DNA of 64,000 nt, taken from an uncultured virus (IMG/VR IMGVR_UViG_3300036846_001441) (Duplodnaviria > Heunggongvirae > Uroviricota > Caudoviricetes). Of this stretch, positions 46,588-55,735 are shown piece by piece. The notes under the pieces are model-generated. The model was not told the DNA's origin. It ran no database searches and was given only the letters and a program-made list of their open reading frames with translations. The DNA lies in the IMG/VR virus record IMGVR_UViG_3300036846_001441. The stretch is one strand, 5' to 3'. Every line of letters begins with the position of its first letter. Position 1 is the first letter of the stretch. The position numbers and the translations under genes are program-made.

Positions 46588-47504
46588 CTACGGCCCTCGA
46601 GATTGGCCACTCTGAGTGTCAGCGCCTGAACTGCTCTCTCCAACGCATTTATTCGCTCTGACGATTCAATCAACAGCGCCTGAACTGCTCTCTCCAACGC
46701 ATTTATTCGCTCTGACGATTCAATCAATGCTCGTCCGGCCTCATCGACGTCGGCAGAGCTTCCGACCTGACCAAAGACATTCTTTGCCAGTACACCGCCC
46801 TGCAACACTACTGGCAGGAAAGAGCCCTTGTCCTTGGTACTGCCGAGATACACATTATTGTCAGGATTAACCTCCATCCCGGTCTGTTTATCGGTCAGCA
46901 CGATTTGGTGCTGCTTGTTGACATGCTGAGACATCGTCCCATTGACTTCGATGAACTGGCTCGAGTCCTGGTTGTACAGCGGCTGCTGGCCATGCTTCTG
47001 CTGACCCTGCGAGGAGGAAGCCGCAGTACTGCCAGTGGCAGTGGTCTGAGGCTGAGAGCCCTGCTGCTGAGCCTTGACGAGCTGAAGGCGAAGCTTCTTG
47101 CTGTCAGGCCCAGTCCAAAAGCCACCCTCCTGAGCAAGGTGAAGCTGAAGCTGATCTACGGCCGTGCGGAACATCGCCACATCGCCCTTCGCGAGGTTCT
47201 GCAGTCGGTGACGCCTATCATCCATATTCCCGAACACCGGGAAGCTTCGATTGCCTCCCATGAACTGAACGAAGCTCTCGGCGCCGGCCGTGATCTTCCC
47301 AGCAGCGTCCATGGTCGCGTCCATCACCACGCTGGTGAAACCATAGTTCTGCGGACTCTCAATGGCCTTCCTGGCCTCGTTGACCATGAAGTTGCCCATG
47401 CTCTCCTGCATCAGCTTGGTGTCGTCGACGCCTGGAATGGTTGCCCTGGCTCCACCGGCGACGTAGGAGCGAAACGACGTGTTTGCTGGGGTTGCCCTGT
47501 GCAT
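46584..47504 (-). CDS. baseplate spike/assembly protein (Mu gp45-like)
   Basis: E.PQNYGFTS, GAE....F.GGNRS......DDRRHR...L..G.VA. Confidence 0.85.
   Translation of the reverse strand: MHRATPANTSFRSYVAGGARATIPGVDDTKLMQESMGNFMVNEARKAIESPQNYGFTSVVMDATMDAAGKITAGAESFVQFMGGNRSFPVFGNMDDRRHRLQNLAKGDVAMFRTAVDQLQLHLAQEGGFWTGPDSKKLRLQLVKAQQQGSQPQTTATGSTAASSSQGQQKHGQQPLYNQDSSQFIEVNGTMSQHVNKQHQIVLTDKQTGMEVNPDNNVYLGSTKDKGSFLPVVLQGGVLAKNVFGQVGSSADVDEAGRALIESSERINALERAVQALLIESSERINALERAVQALTLRVANLEGRR
46620..46727. repeat. perfect 54-bp tandem duplication
   Basis: Encodes LIESSERINALERAVQAL twice. Confidence 0.95.
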
Positions 47505-47506
47505 GG

Positions 47507-48754
47507 CTAATCCGTTGGAGCAATGGCCTGACCAGGCTGAGTCTGACTTGGCATCTCCGTGGCTGGGGCTGGGGCACCCACATTCAGTGGACCCTGATCC
47601 TTGAGCGCCCACGGCTGCTTCAGGTCAAGCTGAGTCTGGGTCCCGGAGTTATTGTCCTGCGTGAACGTCACGGTGTGTATCTTCATCATCATATTCAAGG
47701 GGCACATCGGAGAGTAGACGAACACATTGTCTCCCGGCCACCACAGATTAGAGTCATCTCTAAACCAGCCCTGGACGGTAATCGAGACCTCGATGCTCTC
47801 GCCCTCGTGCCACAGCGCCTCATTCTTCGCCCTGTCGAGAACCTCCTGAATGTTCTTGACCGGCTGCTCCGATGGGGTAATCAGCAGGCTCTTGTCGTAG
47901 CCCGTTCCGGCCCAGCTCCCCTCAAGCTCGCTGGCACTGACACCCCAGTTGTCATCGCTTGCCGCAGCCTGAGCCGTGATCTTATACTCTTCGTAGGCGT
48001 GATCCTTATGGAAGATGCACTGACACTTCTTGATGTTCTGGTCCTCGATGAGTTGAGTATTGAGGACCGGCATGGAGTGATCGCCAATCGCAAGAAAATT
48101 CCCGAATGAGTCTGAGCCAAGAAGTATTCCGCGAGGCCTGGCGATCCTCTCGAGAAAATCCCAGATCTGTTCACCAGGCTGATTCTGAAGCTTGTCGAAT
48201 GGGATCGAATTCAGGACGCCGATTGGAATGATCTTGGTTGGATAGGGACTGACCACCTTATCGGCGACCTCCTTGAACGTCATGCCATCGAAGCTTCCGC
48301 TCTTCGTATTGACGCTGCTCCTCGCGATCGGCGCAGTATGGCTCTTGCCCTGGAGCTCGATGCCATGCTGAGCGGCATCGTAGGCGACCTGTCTCGTCTC
48401 AATGAAACCCATCAAGACATTCACGTCTCCGAGGCTAACCAGGACAGGAGTGCCAGGCATAAACTGAAGCTTGGTGAACAGGCCGGAAGGTATGTCGCGT
48501 TCCACGCTCTGAAAGCGAAAGTGCGACCACGGATCATTCCACCGAAGCTGAACGAAGACACTCTCCCAATCCTTGAAGTTTATGCCCTGAACGATGAGAG
48601 TGGCCTGCTCATATGGAACGCGAGAATTGACTGGACGCACCGGCACGGCATAGGTGGTCGCCGGTGGCAACTCGTTCGTTGGCACTTGAACTGGCTTAAC
48701 CTGCTGACGCTTCGCTACGTCTGGATCAAGAGGATCGAGGAGAACAACGGCCAT
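47507..48754 (-). CDS. baseplate hub protein (Mu gpP/gp44-like)
   Basis: L.V.G..F..WESV.V, PGE..WDFLERIAR.RG, L..D.NI, V.GW......W.PG. Confidence 0.88.
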   Translation of the reverse strand: MAVVLLDPLDPDVAKRQQVKPVQVPTNELPPATTYAVPVRPVNSRVPYEQATLIVQGINFKDWESVFVQLRWNDPWSHFRFQSVERDIPSGLFTKLQFMPGTPVLVSLGDVNVLMGFIETRQVAYDAAQHGIELQGKSHTAPIARSSVNTKSGSFDGMTFKEVADKVVSPYPTKIIPIGVLNSIPFDKLQNQPGEQIWDFLERIARPRGILLGSDSFGNFLAIGDHSMPVLNTQLIEDQNIKKCQCIFHKDHAYEEYKITAQAAASDDNWGVSASELEGSWAGTGYDKSLLITPSEQPVKNIQEVLDRAKNEALWHEGESIEVSITVQGWFRDDSNLWWPGDNVFVYSPMCPLNMMMKIHTVTFTQDNNSGTQTQLDLKQPWALKDQGPLNVGAPAPATEMPSQTQPGQAIAPTD

Positions 48755-48758
48755 GTTT

Positions 48759-49430
48759 TCAATTCGACAAAGCCCGTCCAATTGGCGAGCAGAACGCCGG
48801 ATGAACTACCTTATTCTCGCTGCGTATCTCATCGTAATGACTCGCGTCTCCATAGAGCCTCTGAGAGATGACCAGGCTGGGCAGTGGCCTCGCAAATTGA
48901 TACGTCAACATGCTTGGCAAGGGACGAGCCATCACGACAAGATGATTGACGATCGCGGCTCGAAGAGAAACGATTGCCTGAAAATCCATGGGCTCCATGG
49001 TGTCGGCAATTGTCTCCTCGGCGGAATTGAACGGCTCCTGGATCTGCTCAATCAAGGCATCGACGTCCTGACGGCTCCTGAGCACCATGCCGGCAATTAT
49101 CTTACCCTCTTGGGCAAGCGCCAGCTGAATGCCGCGATTGCGAACCATCGTGGCTCCCACCGACACGGGGGTCTCTGCCGTGAGCAACACCCTCACGGCC
49201 TCCATCTGCCCAAGCGTACAGCCGGTCAGACGAACCCTGTCAAAGCACTTATCCAGCGGCGTCCCCATCTGATCATAGTGAAGCAAATAGGCGACATTTG
49301 CGGCCACCCATCCTATGACAACTCTCGCGTCAACTCCCGCCTGACCCTTATCGGCAACCGCCTCCAGCAGATTGTTCAAGGTGCGCCCTATGATTCCCTC
49401 TGCCTCAATTGCATCTGACTTGTTCATCAT
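48759..49430 (-). CDS. C-terminal half of a Mu gpN-like DNA circularization/tube-initiator protein
   Basis: LP.L......PLPSLV.SQRLYGDAS..DEI..EN.V.HPAF. Confidence 0.8.
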   Translation of the reverse strand: MMNKSDAIEAEGIIGRTLNNLLEAVADKGQAGVDARVVIGWVAANVAYLLHYDQMGTPLDKCFDRVRLTGCTLGQMEAVRVLLTAETPVSVGATMVRNRGIQLALAQEGKIIAGMVLRSRQDVDALIEQIQEPFNSAEETIADTMEPMDFQAIVSLRAAIVNHLVVMARPLPSMLTYQFARPLPSLVISQRLYGDASHYDEIRSENKVVHPAFCSPIGRALSN

Positions 49431-50005
49431 CCACCCTCCATAAATAACTGCTGGAAGGTCTCATTGGGAGGATTGTCACCAGCCATGCCGGCCTTAATCT
49501 GCTGACGAAGCGCGTCGGCTGCGCCATTCAGTGCCGCGTTCGTGTTCTGAGATGGAGAGAGGTACTGAGGAGGCAGACCGAACTCCGTAAACTCTATGTC
49601 AAACGTGCAGTAGCCCCCAAGCCTCTCCTCCTCGGTCACCCTGTAGCGAGTGACCACGACGCTCTCTTGAGGCATCGTGGAGAAAATCAAGATGCCTGGC
49701 CCCGGCTGCTCCAGCGCCGAGATCAACGCATCCCTACCCACCCGATAGTCATTGTTGTAGAGCCCGAACAAGGCCGGTTCATCCACCGTGACGGGGTACG
49801 TAACGCAGTAGGCCCGGACCGTAAATGTCTTCGCTCTCCTGCCCATGTCCTCAGCATAGGGCAGCTCCTTCTTGGGAAACTCATGCTCGACAACGCGCCT
49901 GCCACAGTCTCGACTGCTTGCCTCCACGAAGAAGTGGACGAACCTGAACGATGCCGGTATCCAATCGTCACGAAATGGAAGGCTGATGTCCTTGATCGTG
50001 CTCAT
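49427..50005 (-). CDS. DNA circularization protein N-terminal domain (Mu gpN-like)
   Basis: PASFR.V.FFVE....GRR.VEHEFP....Y.EDMGR, RDALI.ALE.PGPG.L. Confidence 0.9.
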   Translation of the reverse strand: MSTIKDISLPFRDDWIPASFRFVHFFVEASSRDCGRRVVEHEFPKKELPYAEDMGRRAKTFTVRAYCVTYPVTVDEPALFGLYNNDYRVGRDALISALEQPGPGILIFSTMPQESVVVTRYRVTEEERLGGYCTFDIEFTEFGLPPQYLSPSQNTNAALNGAADALRQQIKAGMAGDNPPNETFQQLFMEGG

Positions 50006-52368
50006 TCGCTGGCCATCGGTCCGGTCTCCGCCGGAGACATCTGAGTGCTTCGCTCTGGGGCAGTCGGCTTGAACAGGCGATCGCCCCCAAGTGTCGCGTC
50101 ACTGCCGCCGCCCCCACCGATGTCGATGTTGACCTTGCCTGTCGCGTCCACCTTCACCGTCTTAACCGAGCGCTTATCGACCACGCCCCTGTCCGCCGCG
50201 ACCACTCCTCTGTCTGCCGCGACCATGGCCTCTTGAGCCGCGGCAAAGCGTGCCGCATCCTCATGCGAAAAACTGATCCCACGACGCTCGCCCTTCCAAT
50301 AATTGTAGATGTCGGTCGAGCCAGGCGCCTTGACCACACCAGGACCCTGCCAGTTGGGGTCACCCACCATCCCCTGATCAGTGCGTCCCTTAATGATGTC
50401 ACTGCCGCCAACAACTTTACCGAGAATCTTATTATACTCTGCTTCCTGTCCGGCGCTGATATGGCGTTGTTGAGCGATACCTTTATTGATCGGATTGTAG
50501 AAGCCACTATGAAGCTCATCCTTGATCGAGTACCCAGGAATTCTCTTCCTGATCATGGCAGTGCGATTGAACAACGCTTCAACCGTCGCGGCACCGCCAC
50601 CCTCCGTATCCATCATCTGATGCAGCAAGTGCTTTGTTGCTGGATCGCCGCTGACGTCTTTCCACAATGAGCGCCGCTGATCGGCGAGAGAGCCACCGCC
50701 AGACGCAGACTCATCTTGATCGGAAGAGCCGCCTGGAACGGGTCCTCGATCCCGCTCTGACGGAACATAATCAGGGCTTGCCGCTGAGGCCAAGCGATCA
50801 TCCTTGGGCTCGGCAAGAGGGGCTGCGGGAGCGGCATGCCGCCCCGATGCGTCTGGAGCAGCTGGCGTGCCTGAAGAAGGCATGCCTGGCAAACCTTCCA
50901 GGCCAGCCATGGAAACAGGAGCGCTACCACCGCCGCCCAAACCAGCGCCACCACCTCCGCCGCCACCCTCAAGACCAAGCTGCTGAGCTGCCAGATAATC
51001 ATTCAGCTTCTTGAGCTGATCGGTGTTCTCGATCATGACGCGATCGCGATCTTCAGAGGTCTCCTCCATCGAGGACAAGAGATGAGCCGCCCTGCCAACA
51101 TGGCCGCCAATGCCAGGACGCTGAGAATAATCCACCTTGGGAGCGGTCTTGCCGATATTGCTCAGGCCAGCCTGCTCCGCCAAGTCTCCGATTACCTTCT
51201 TTTGCTTCTCTATGTCTTCCTGAGACCACTCCTTGACCTGTGGACCCTCCGTGATCGGAGGGGCAAGAGGAGCAGTCTCTTCTGAAGACAGCGGCTTCTC
51301 CGTCGGTGACGCCCACGCTGGGCGCTCTGGAGTCGACTTGGGCCGAAGCGGCTTGGGCTGTCCCCAGTAGGCTCCCGTCGCCTCCTCCTCTGGAGTCTTG
51401 GGCGCTGGAGTCGGAGTATGCTCCCTTACCCACTTCTCCGGGTCCATCCAGGCCTCGTGAAGCTTCTTGACGAGCTCCAGGCTCTTCTCCAGCCCCTTCA
51501 CTATCAGACCGTCTGGGGCAAGAGCAGAGACGCTCATGTCGTCCATCCAGTCATCCCACTCCTTCTTGATGTCGGCAAGGCCCTTGTGCCAACGCAGACC
51601 AGCCTCATCCAGGGCCTCGACCCGTTTCTTCTCTTGCTCGCTGACCTCTTGAAGATGTTCGATGCGAGCGAACAATGGATCGAGGCCCCAGGCCGCCAAA
51701 AACTCCTTCGTGAACTGAGTCGCCCTCACGATATCTCCACCAGTCTCCTTCAGCCTGTTGTTGTAGACCTCCTGAGCCTGAGACAGGACCTCGTTGATTC
51801 TCCCAACCTCAGTCTGCTGCCTCAGCACGCGCTGAATACCCTCCTCCATCTGCTGCCCATAGCGACCAGCCTTCTGAACCAGCTCGAGGTGAGACTTACT
51901 ACCGGCACGACCCATCTCCACGTAGGCCTCATTGAACTTGGCCACATTGCGATCGGCCACGTCTGCCGACACGCCAATTCTAGTAAGCTGCTCCTCTATG
52001 CTCTTCAGAACCGCGGGGTGAACTCCAAAGGCCTTGGCCTTGTTCTGAAGGTCAGTAAATTTGTCACCAAACTCACCCAGAGCCTTGAGCTCCTCGTACA
52101 CAATCGCGCCAAAGGCGGCGATGCCTGCCCCAACCAATCCAAGGCGGCCAGCAAAACTCAGCAGTGCACTCTCACCGCCTCCGATCGTGGTCGAAAACTT
52201 TTTCAGATAATCGGTTATCTCGCCCTGATGTCGCTTAAAGCTCTCCACGTTGCCCTTGGCATCGGCGCTGTTCAACTGAGATAACTGCTGACGCAGCGAC
52301 GCCAAGGCCCCCGACGCATTGTCCGTCAGTACGACGATCAGCCTGAGCTCTTCGGCTTCAGTCGGCAT
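50002..52368 (-). CDS. tape-measure-like protein 2 with putative lysozyme-like domain
   Basis: EELRL.V.L.D.AS start, helical body with a hydrophobic segment; C-terminal MM.TEGG...VEALFNR...GFY.P. Confidence 0.7.
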   Translation of the reverse strand: MPTEAEELRLIVVLTDNASGALASLRQQLSQLNSADAKGNVESFKRHQGEITDYLKKFSTTIGGGESALLSFAGRLGLVGAGIAAFGAIVYEELKALGEFGDKFTDLQNKAKAFGVHPAVLKSIEEQLTRIGVSADVADRNVAKFNEAYVEMGRAGSKSHLELVQKAGRYGQQMEEGIQRVLRQQTEVGRINEVLSQAQEVYNNRLKETGGDIVRATQFTKEFLAAWGLDPLFARIEHLQEVSEQEKKRVEALDEAGLRWHKGLADIKKEWDDWMDDMSVSALAPDGLIVKGLEKSLELVKKLHEAWMDPEKWVREHTPTPAPKTPEEEATGAYWGQPKPLRPKSTPERPAWASPTEKPLSSEETAPLAPPITEGPQVKEWSQEDIEKQKKVIGDLAEQAGLSNIGKTAPKVDYSQRPGIGGHVGRAAHLLSSMEETSEDRDRVMIENTDQLKKLNDYLAAQQLGLEGGGGGGGAGLGGGGSAPVSMAGLEGLPGMPSSGTPAAPDASGRHAAPAAPLAEPKDDRLASAASPDYVPSERDRGPVPGGSSDQDESASGGGSLADQRRSLWKDVSGDPATKHLLHQMMDTEGGGAATVEALFNRTAMIRKRIPGYSIKDELHSGFYNPINKGIAQQRHISAGQEAEYNKILGKVVGGSDIIKGRTDQGMVGDPNWQGPGVVKAPGSTDIYNYWKGERRGISFSHEDAARFAAAQEAMVAADRGVVAADRGVVDKRSVKTVKVDATGKVNIDIGGGGGSDATLGGDRLFKPTAPERSTQMSPAETGPMASE

Positions 52369-54556
52369 TGAGAGGCATCGTCCTGCTCATCTCGGTCTTG
52401 CTGAAGGCTCCGCCACCCTCGATCTTCACCTCCGACCCCCTCGGGGCGCGAACGTCTGCGGACAGCTTGCCGCTGACATCGACATTCACACTCCTGACTT
52501 GCTTAGCCTCTGATGACGCGTCGACGGCAACTCGATCATCATGGCGCCTGTTGGCTGCCTCCCAGTCAGGCCTCCTCACGGTCATGCCAGTGGCGTTCCT
52601 CCAGCTATAAGAGACGCCACCCTGCCCAGAGACAGTACCTCCCTGGTTACCGCCAATGACTCGAAGCTGCTGCTCACCCCCAGGACCAACTCGGCTTTCT
52701 CCAGTCAACATCGCCACGTGGTGAGGCCACACGGCAATATCGCCAGCCTGAGATGGTCCCTGCACGCCTCTCCCATACTTATAGTAGGAAGCCGCAGCCA
52801 GGGACCCTGTACCCTTCAACCCAGCTTCTTCCAGAGAAGTACCGACCCACGCCGCACACCACGCCGTCGTCTTTGGACTAATTCGCATGTTGTGCTTGGC
52901 AAAGAGCGCAGACAGTTTGCTCTCATCTCTTATTTCATCGTCGCCAAGATGAGCCTTCGCAAACGCCAGGGCAGCCTGAGGCCCAACCTCGCCAGAGCCA
53001 CCTCCCTCAGTCTGAGTGTCACTTGGAGTGCCGCCCTCAGGAGGACCTTCCTCATTTGCTCCTAGACCAGTGCCACGACCTACTCTGCTACCATATGGTG
53101 CACTGCCGCCTCGAGGAGTACCGCCATCGCCACCTCCAAAGCCTGGCAAGCCACCAAGTCCCTTGAGCTCAACCTCTCCCTTATCGAGTAAATGAAAGTT
53201 GTAATTCAACCTCTTCATCTCTGCCGTATTGGCCTCGACGGTCTTGACGTAGTCTTCTCCCTGCTTCAGATTACTATCTTCAACCCTGCGCTCCTCTCGC
53301 GTGGGGTCGAACCACCTCCTGTCCTCGATGTTCTCCGACATCACGTTTCCCCACTTCTCTTCCCAACCCTTGGGCAGGGTTATCTGACCGCCGGCACCCT
53401 CAGCCTGATCGGAGAGCAGGCGGAATGGTGCCCCAGGGGGAACGACCCTTGGAGGAAGCCGAGGCGCCCACGCTGGAGGCCTCTGCGTCGTTGGAGGAGG
53501 CGGAGGAGGCAGGGGAGGCTGAGGCTGAGGCGCGGGCTGCTGCGGCCTCAACCCAGGAGGAGGCGGAGGCAATTGCCCTGGCTCGCACGTGCAGACATGC
53601 TCCTTGATCTGCTTTACCGCGGTGTCTTCCTCTGTCTCCCAGAATGAATGAAGCCAGTGAATCGCGTCCTTGATCGCTCTCAGGCCGCGCATGATTATGC
53701 CGTCGTCCTTAAGCTCACTGACCTTCAGGTCATCCATCAGGTCATCCCACTCCTTGGAGATGTCTGAGAGGACCTTGTAGTATCCGGCTGTGGCCTTGGA
53801 TATCTTGTCCAGTCTCGCCCTCTCCGCGTCGGAGACCTTCTCGACTGTCTTCAATGACCTGAGCGCTGGATCAAGCTGCCATAGCTTCATGAAGTCATTC
53901 GCAGCCTTGGTCGCATCAGCAATGTTGCCATGAGTCTCGCGAAGCCTGTTGTCGTACACATTCTGAGCCTGAATGAGCACCTCATTCAACTTCTCGGCCA
54001 CGGTGGTCTGAGCCTCGATGCGCTCGATGCCCTTCTCCATCAACTCGCCCCAAGCTCCCGCGGCCTGAATCATCTCTTCTCGCTTGGTGCCGCCTATCTT
54101 GCTCACCTCCGCAATGGCATCAGAGAAACCACCCATGCTCCTCTCGACCACGCCGGCGTCTATGCCGAGGCGCTTGTACTGATCGACGATGCTCTTGAGC
54201 TCCGCTGGGTCCATGCCGATGACCTTGGCCTTATTGGTCAGGTCAACCATCCTGTCGGCGAACTCCCTCAATATCCCAAGCTCCACGGCCACAGTCGCGG
54301 CAAAGCCACCCACGGCGGCTCCAGCCACACCAAGCTTCTTCACGAAGCCCATCAGGGCCTCACTGCTGCCAGAGGCGAGGCGAGCCACCTCCTTGATCTG
54401 CTTGGCGAACTCAGAGTGCTCGGAGCGAAGGCGATTGAGAGCGACATTGCCTATCGCGCTCAGCTGCTTGATCTCATCGCGGAGCTTCGCCACGCCCTGA
54501 GAGGCCTCGTCCTGAAGGACGACGCGAAGCTGGAGTTCCTGAACCTCTGCGGCCAT
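52358..54556 (-). CDS. tape-measure-like protein 1 with NlpC/P60-CHAP (TIGR02594-like) domain
   Basis: Follows the tail chaperone; TAWCAAWV...L, S..A.SY..YG, GDIAV..HHV, VIGGNQ. Confidence 0.8.
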   Translation of the reverse strand: MAAEVQELQLRVVLQDEASQGVAKLRDEIKQLSAIGNVALNRLRSEHSEFAKQIKEVARLASGSSEALMGFVKKLGVAGAAVGGFAATVAVELGILREFADRMVDLTNKAKVIGMDPAELKSIVDQYKRLGIDAGVVERSMGGFSDAIAEVSKIGGTKREEMIQAAGAWGELMEKGIERIEAQTTVAEKLNEVLIQAQNVYDNRLRETHGNIADATKAANDFMKLWQLDPALRSLKTVEKVSDAERARLDKISKATAGYYKVLSDISKEWDDLMDDLKVSELKDDGIIMRGLRAIKDAIHWLHSFWETEEDTAVKQIKEHVCTCEPGQLPPPPPGLRPQQPAPQPQPPLPPPPPPTTQRPPAWAPRLPPRVVPPGAPFRLLSDQAEGAGGQITLPKGWEEKWGNVMSENIEDRRWFDPTREERRVEDSNLKQGEDYVKTVEANTAEMKRLNYNFHLLDKGEVELKGLGGLPGFGGGDGGTPRGGSAPYGSRVGRGTGLGANEEGPPEGGTPSDTQTEGGGSGEVGPQAALAFAKAHLGDDEIRDESKLSALFAKHNMRISPKTTAWCAAWVGTSLEEAGLKGTGSLAAASYYKYGRGVQGPSQAGDIAVWPHHVAMLTGESRVGPGGEQQLRVIGGNQGGTVSGQGGVSYSWRNATGMTVRRPDWEAANRRHDDRVAVDASSEAKQVRSVNVDVSGKLSADVRAPRGSEVKIEGGGAFSKTEMSRTMPLNAD

Positions 54557-54749
54557 TAGTCCCCGGACTCCACTGCACGCGACCTCTCAAGCTCCGCCGT
54601 CCTGCTCAAGTGAAGCTGAACCTCACTAATGGGCATATCGAGGAATATCCTTGGATCGAGGTGATAATAGCTGGCCAATCTGTAGCAATCGAGGATCATG
54701 CCGTCGTCGATGTAGGTGACTACCACCCCCGCAGATCGGGTAAAAAAAA
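54556..54749 (-). CDS. tail assembly chaperone, -1 frameshift extension (gpGT-like)
   Basis: Open -1 frame starting at the slippery A AAA TTT TTT TTA; LDCYRLA..Y...P..FL.MP.SE. Confidence 0.75.
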
Positions 54750-55208
54750 TTTTCTCAGGCGAAGGGCACAACTATTCCAATCGCGAGGGTCCATGTCATC
54801 GAGCAAGACTGGAAGGACGCCGGAGAGCGCACCCATGATGTAGGTCATCTTGCGCTCCTCGATGAGGATCTCGCCGTCCCACAGCATGCGGATTGGATTG
54901 CCGATCTTGTTGATCTCAGAGGCGCGAGGCTCTCGAAAGACCAGCTTGTTAACCATCTCACCCTTGTCATTCCTGATCGACTTGTACAAGAGGTCGATGG
55001 TTATCGGCCACTGCTCGTGCCTATCGGCTATCTCTCTCCTGACTCGCTCGAGCTCTGTGAGGGCCGGCTCTGGGACTGGAGCCTCAACTGTCTTGACAGA
55101 CGGCAGAGGAGGCAGTGGTGGCGCAGTTGACGACCCAGGTGGCTCAGGCCTAGGCTCAGGTATAAAGCCTTCCCTGATCGTACCACCGTTACCCTTGTTC
55201 GGTTCCAT
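54720..55208 (-). CDS. tail assembly chaperone (Mu gp41/gpE-like)
   Basis: I.L...I......L.FREP...E, L.....LDDMD.RDW; lies between tube and tape measure. Confidence 0.85.
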   Translation of the reverse strand: MEPNKGNGGTIREGFIPEPRPEPPGSSTAPPLPPLPSVKTVEAPVPEPALTELERVRREIADRHEQWPITIDLLYKSIRNDKGEMVNKLVFREPRASEINKIGNPIRMLWDGEILIEERKMTYIMGALSGVLPVLLDDMDPRDWNSCALRLRKFFLPDLRGW

Positions 55209-55215
55209 CTCGACC

Positions 55216-55584
55216 TCACCTCAGTGAAATTTCCTGGCAGGCCAGGCCCTCCCAGCGAACCCTCACCTGACCATCCCTCGTGTTGTTCTCGAACGCGGCC
55301 TTGCAGGTCCCTCCGGTCAGGGTGTACTGCATCCCATTGGCCAGCTGCGCGATCACTGTCACATTGGTATCTGCCTCGAGATCATCGAGCAGCAGGCCAG
55401 GCACGGTGGACAGGTCGCCCTCTATGTACGGCACTCGCGGCAATTCCTGGTAGCCGTGAATGCCGTCTTGCCCGGCAATCATAGTGCGCTCCACTGCGCT
55501 CGGGCTCACGGTAAAGTTTCCACGGAGGGCCAGCTGATTGCCATCCACGGTAAGGAACGCAATGCCAGCAAAGCGCTGCGCCAT
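55216..55584 (-). CDS. tail tube protein (Mu gpM-like)
   Basis: AG.A..TVDG, R....G.DG.HGY.E.P..PYI, LANG..Y, V.WEG. Confidence 0.92.
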   Translation of the reverse strand: MAQRFAGIAFLTVDGNQLALRGNFTVSPSAVERTMIAGQDGIHGYQELPRVPYIEGDLSTVPGLLLDDLEADTNVTVIAQLANGMQYTLTGGTCKAAFENNTRDGQVRVRWEGLACQEISLR

Positions 55585-55735
55585 CTTCCTCTCCTCTCTT
55601 GCTTGTTAGGTTAATTTTCCTATCATCCTAGGAAGGCCAGGGAGAGGCCTTCCCCCAGGTTGGCTAGGGTAGAGCCCCCGGCCCGCAAAGGCCCCTAGGA
55701 GGCCCTCCCTTGCAGCCCCTGGGGCATTTCCCTCC

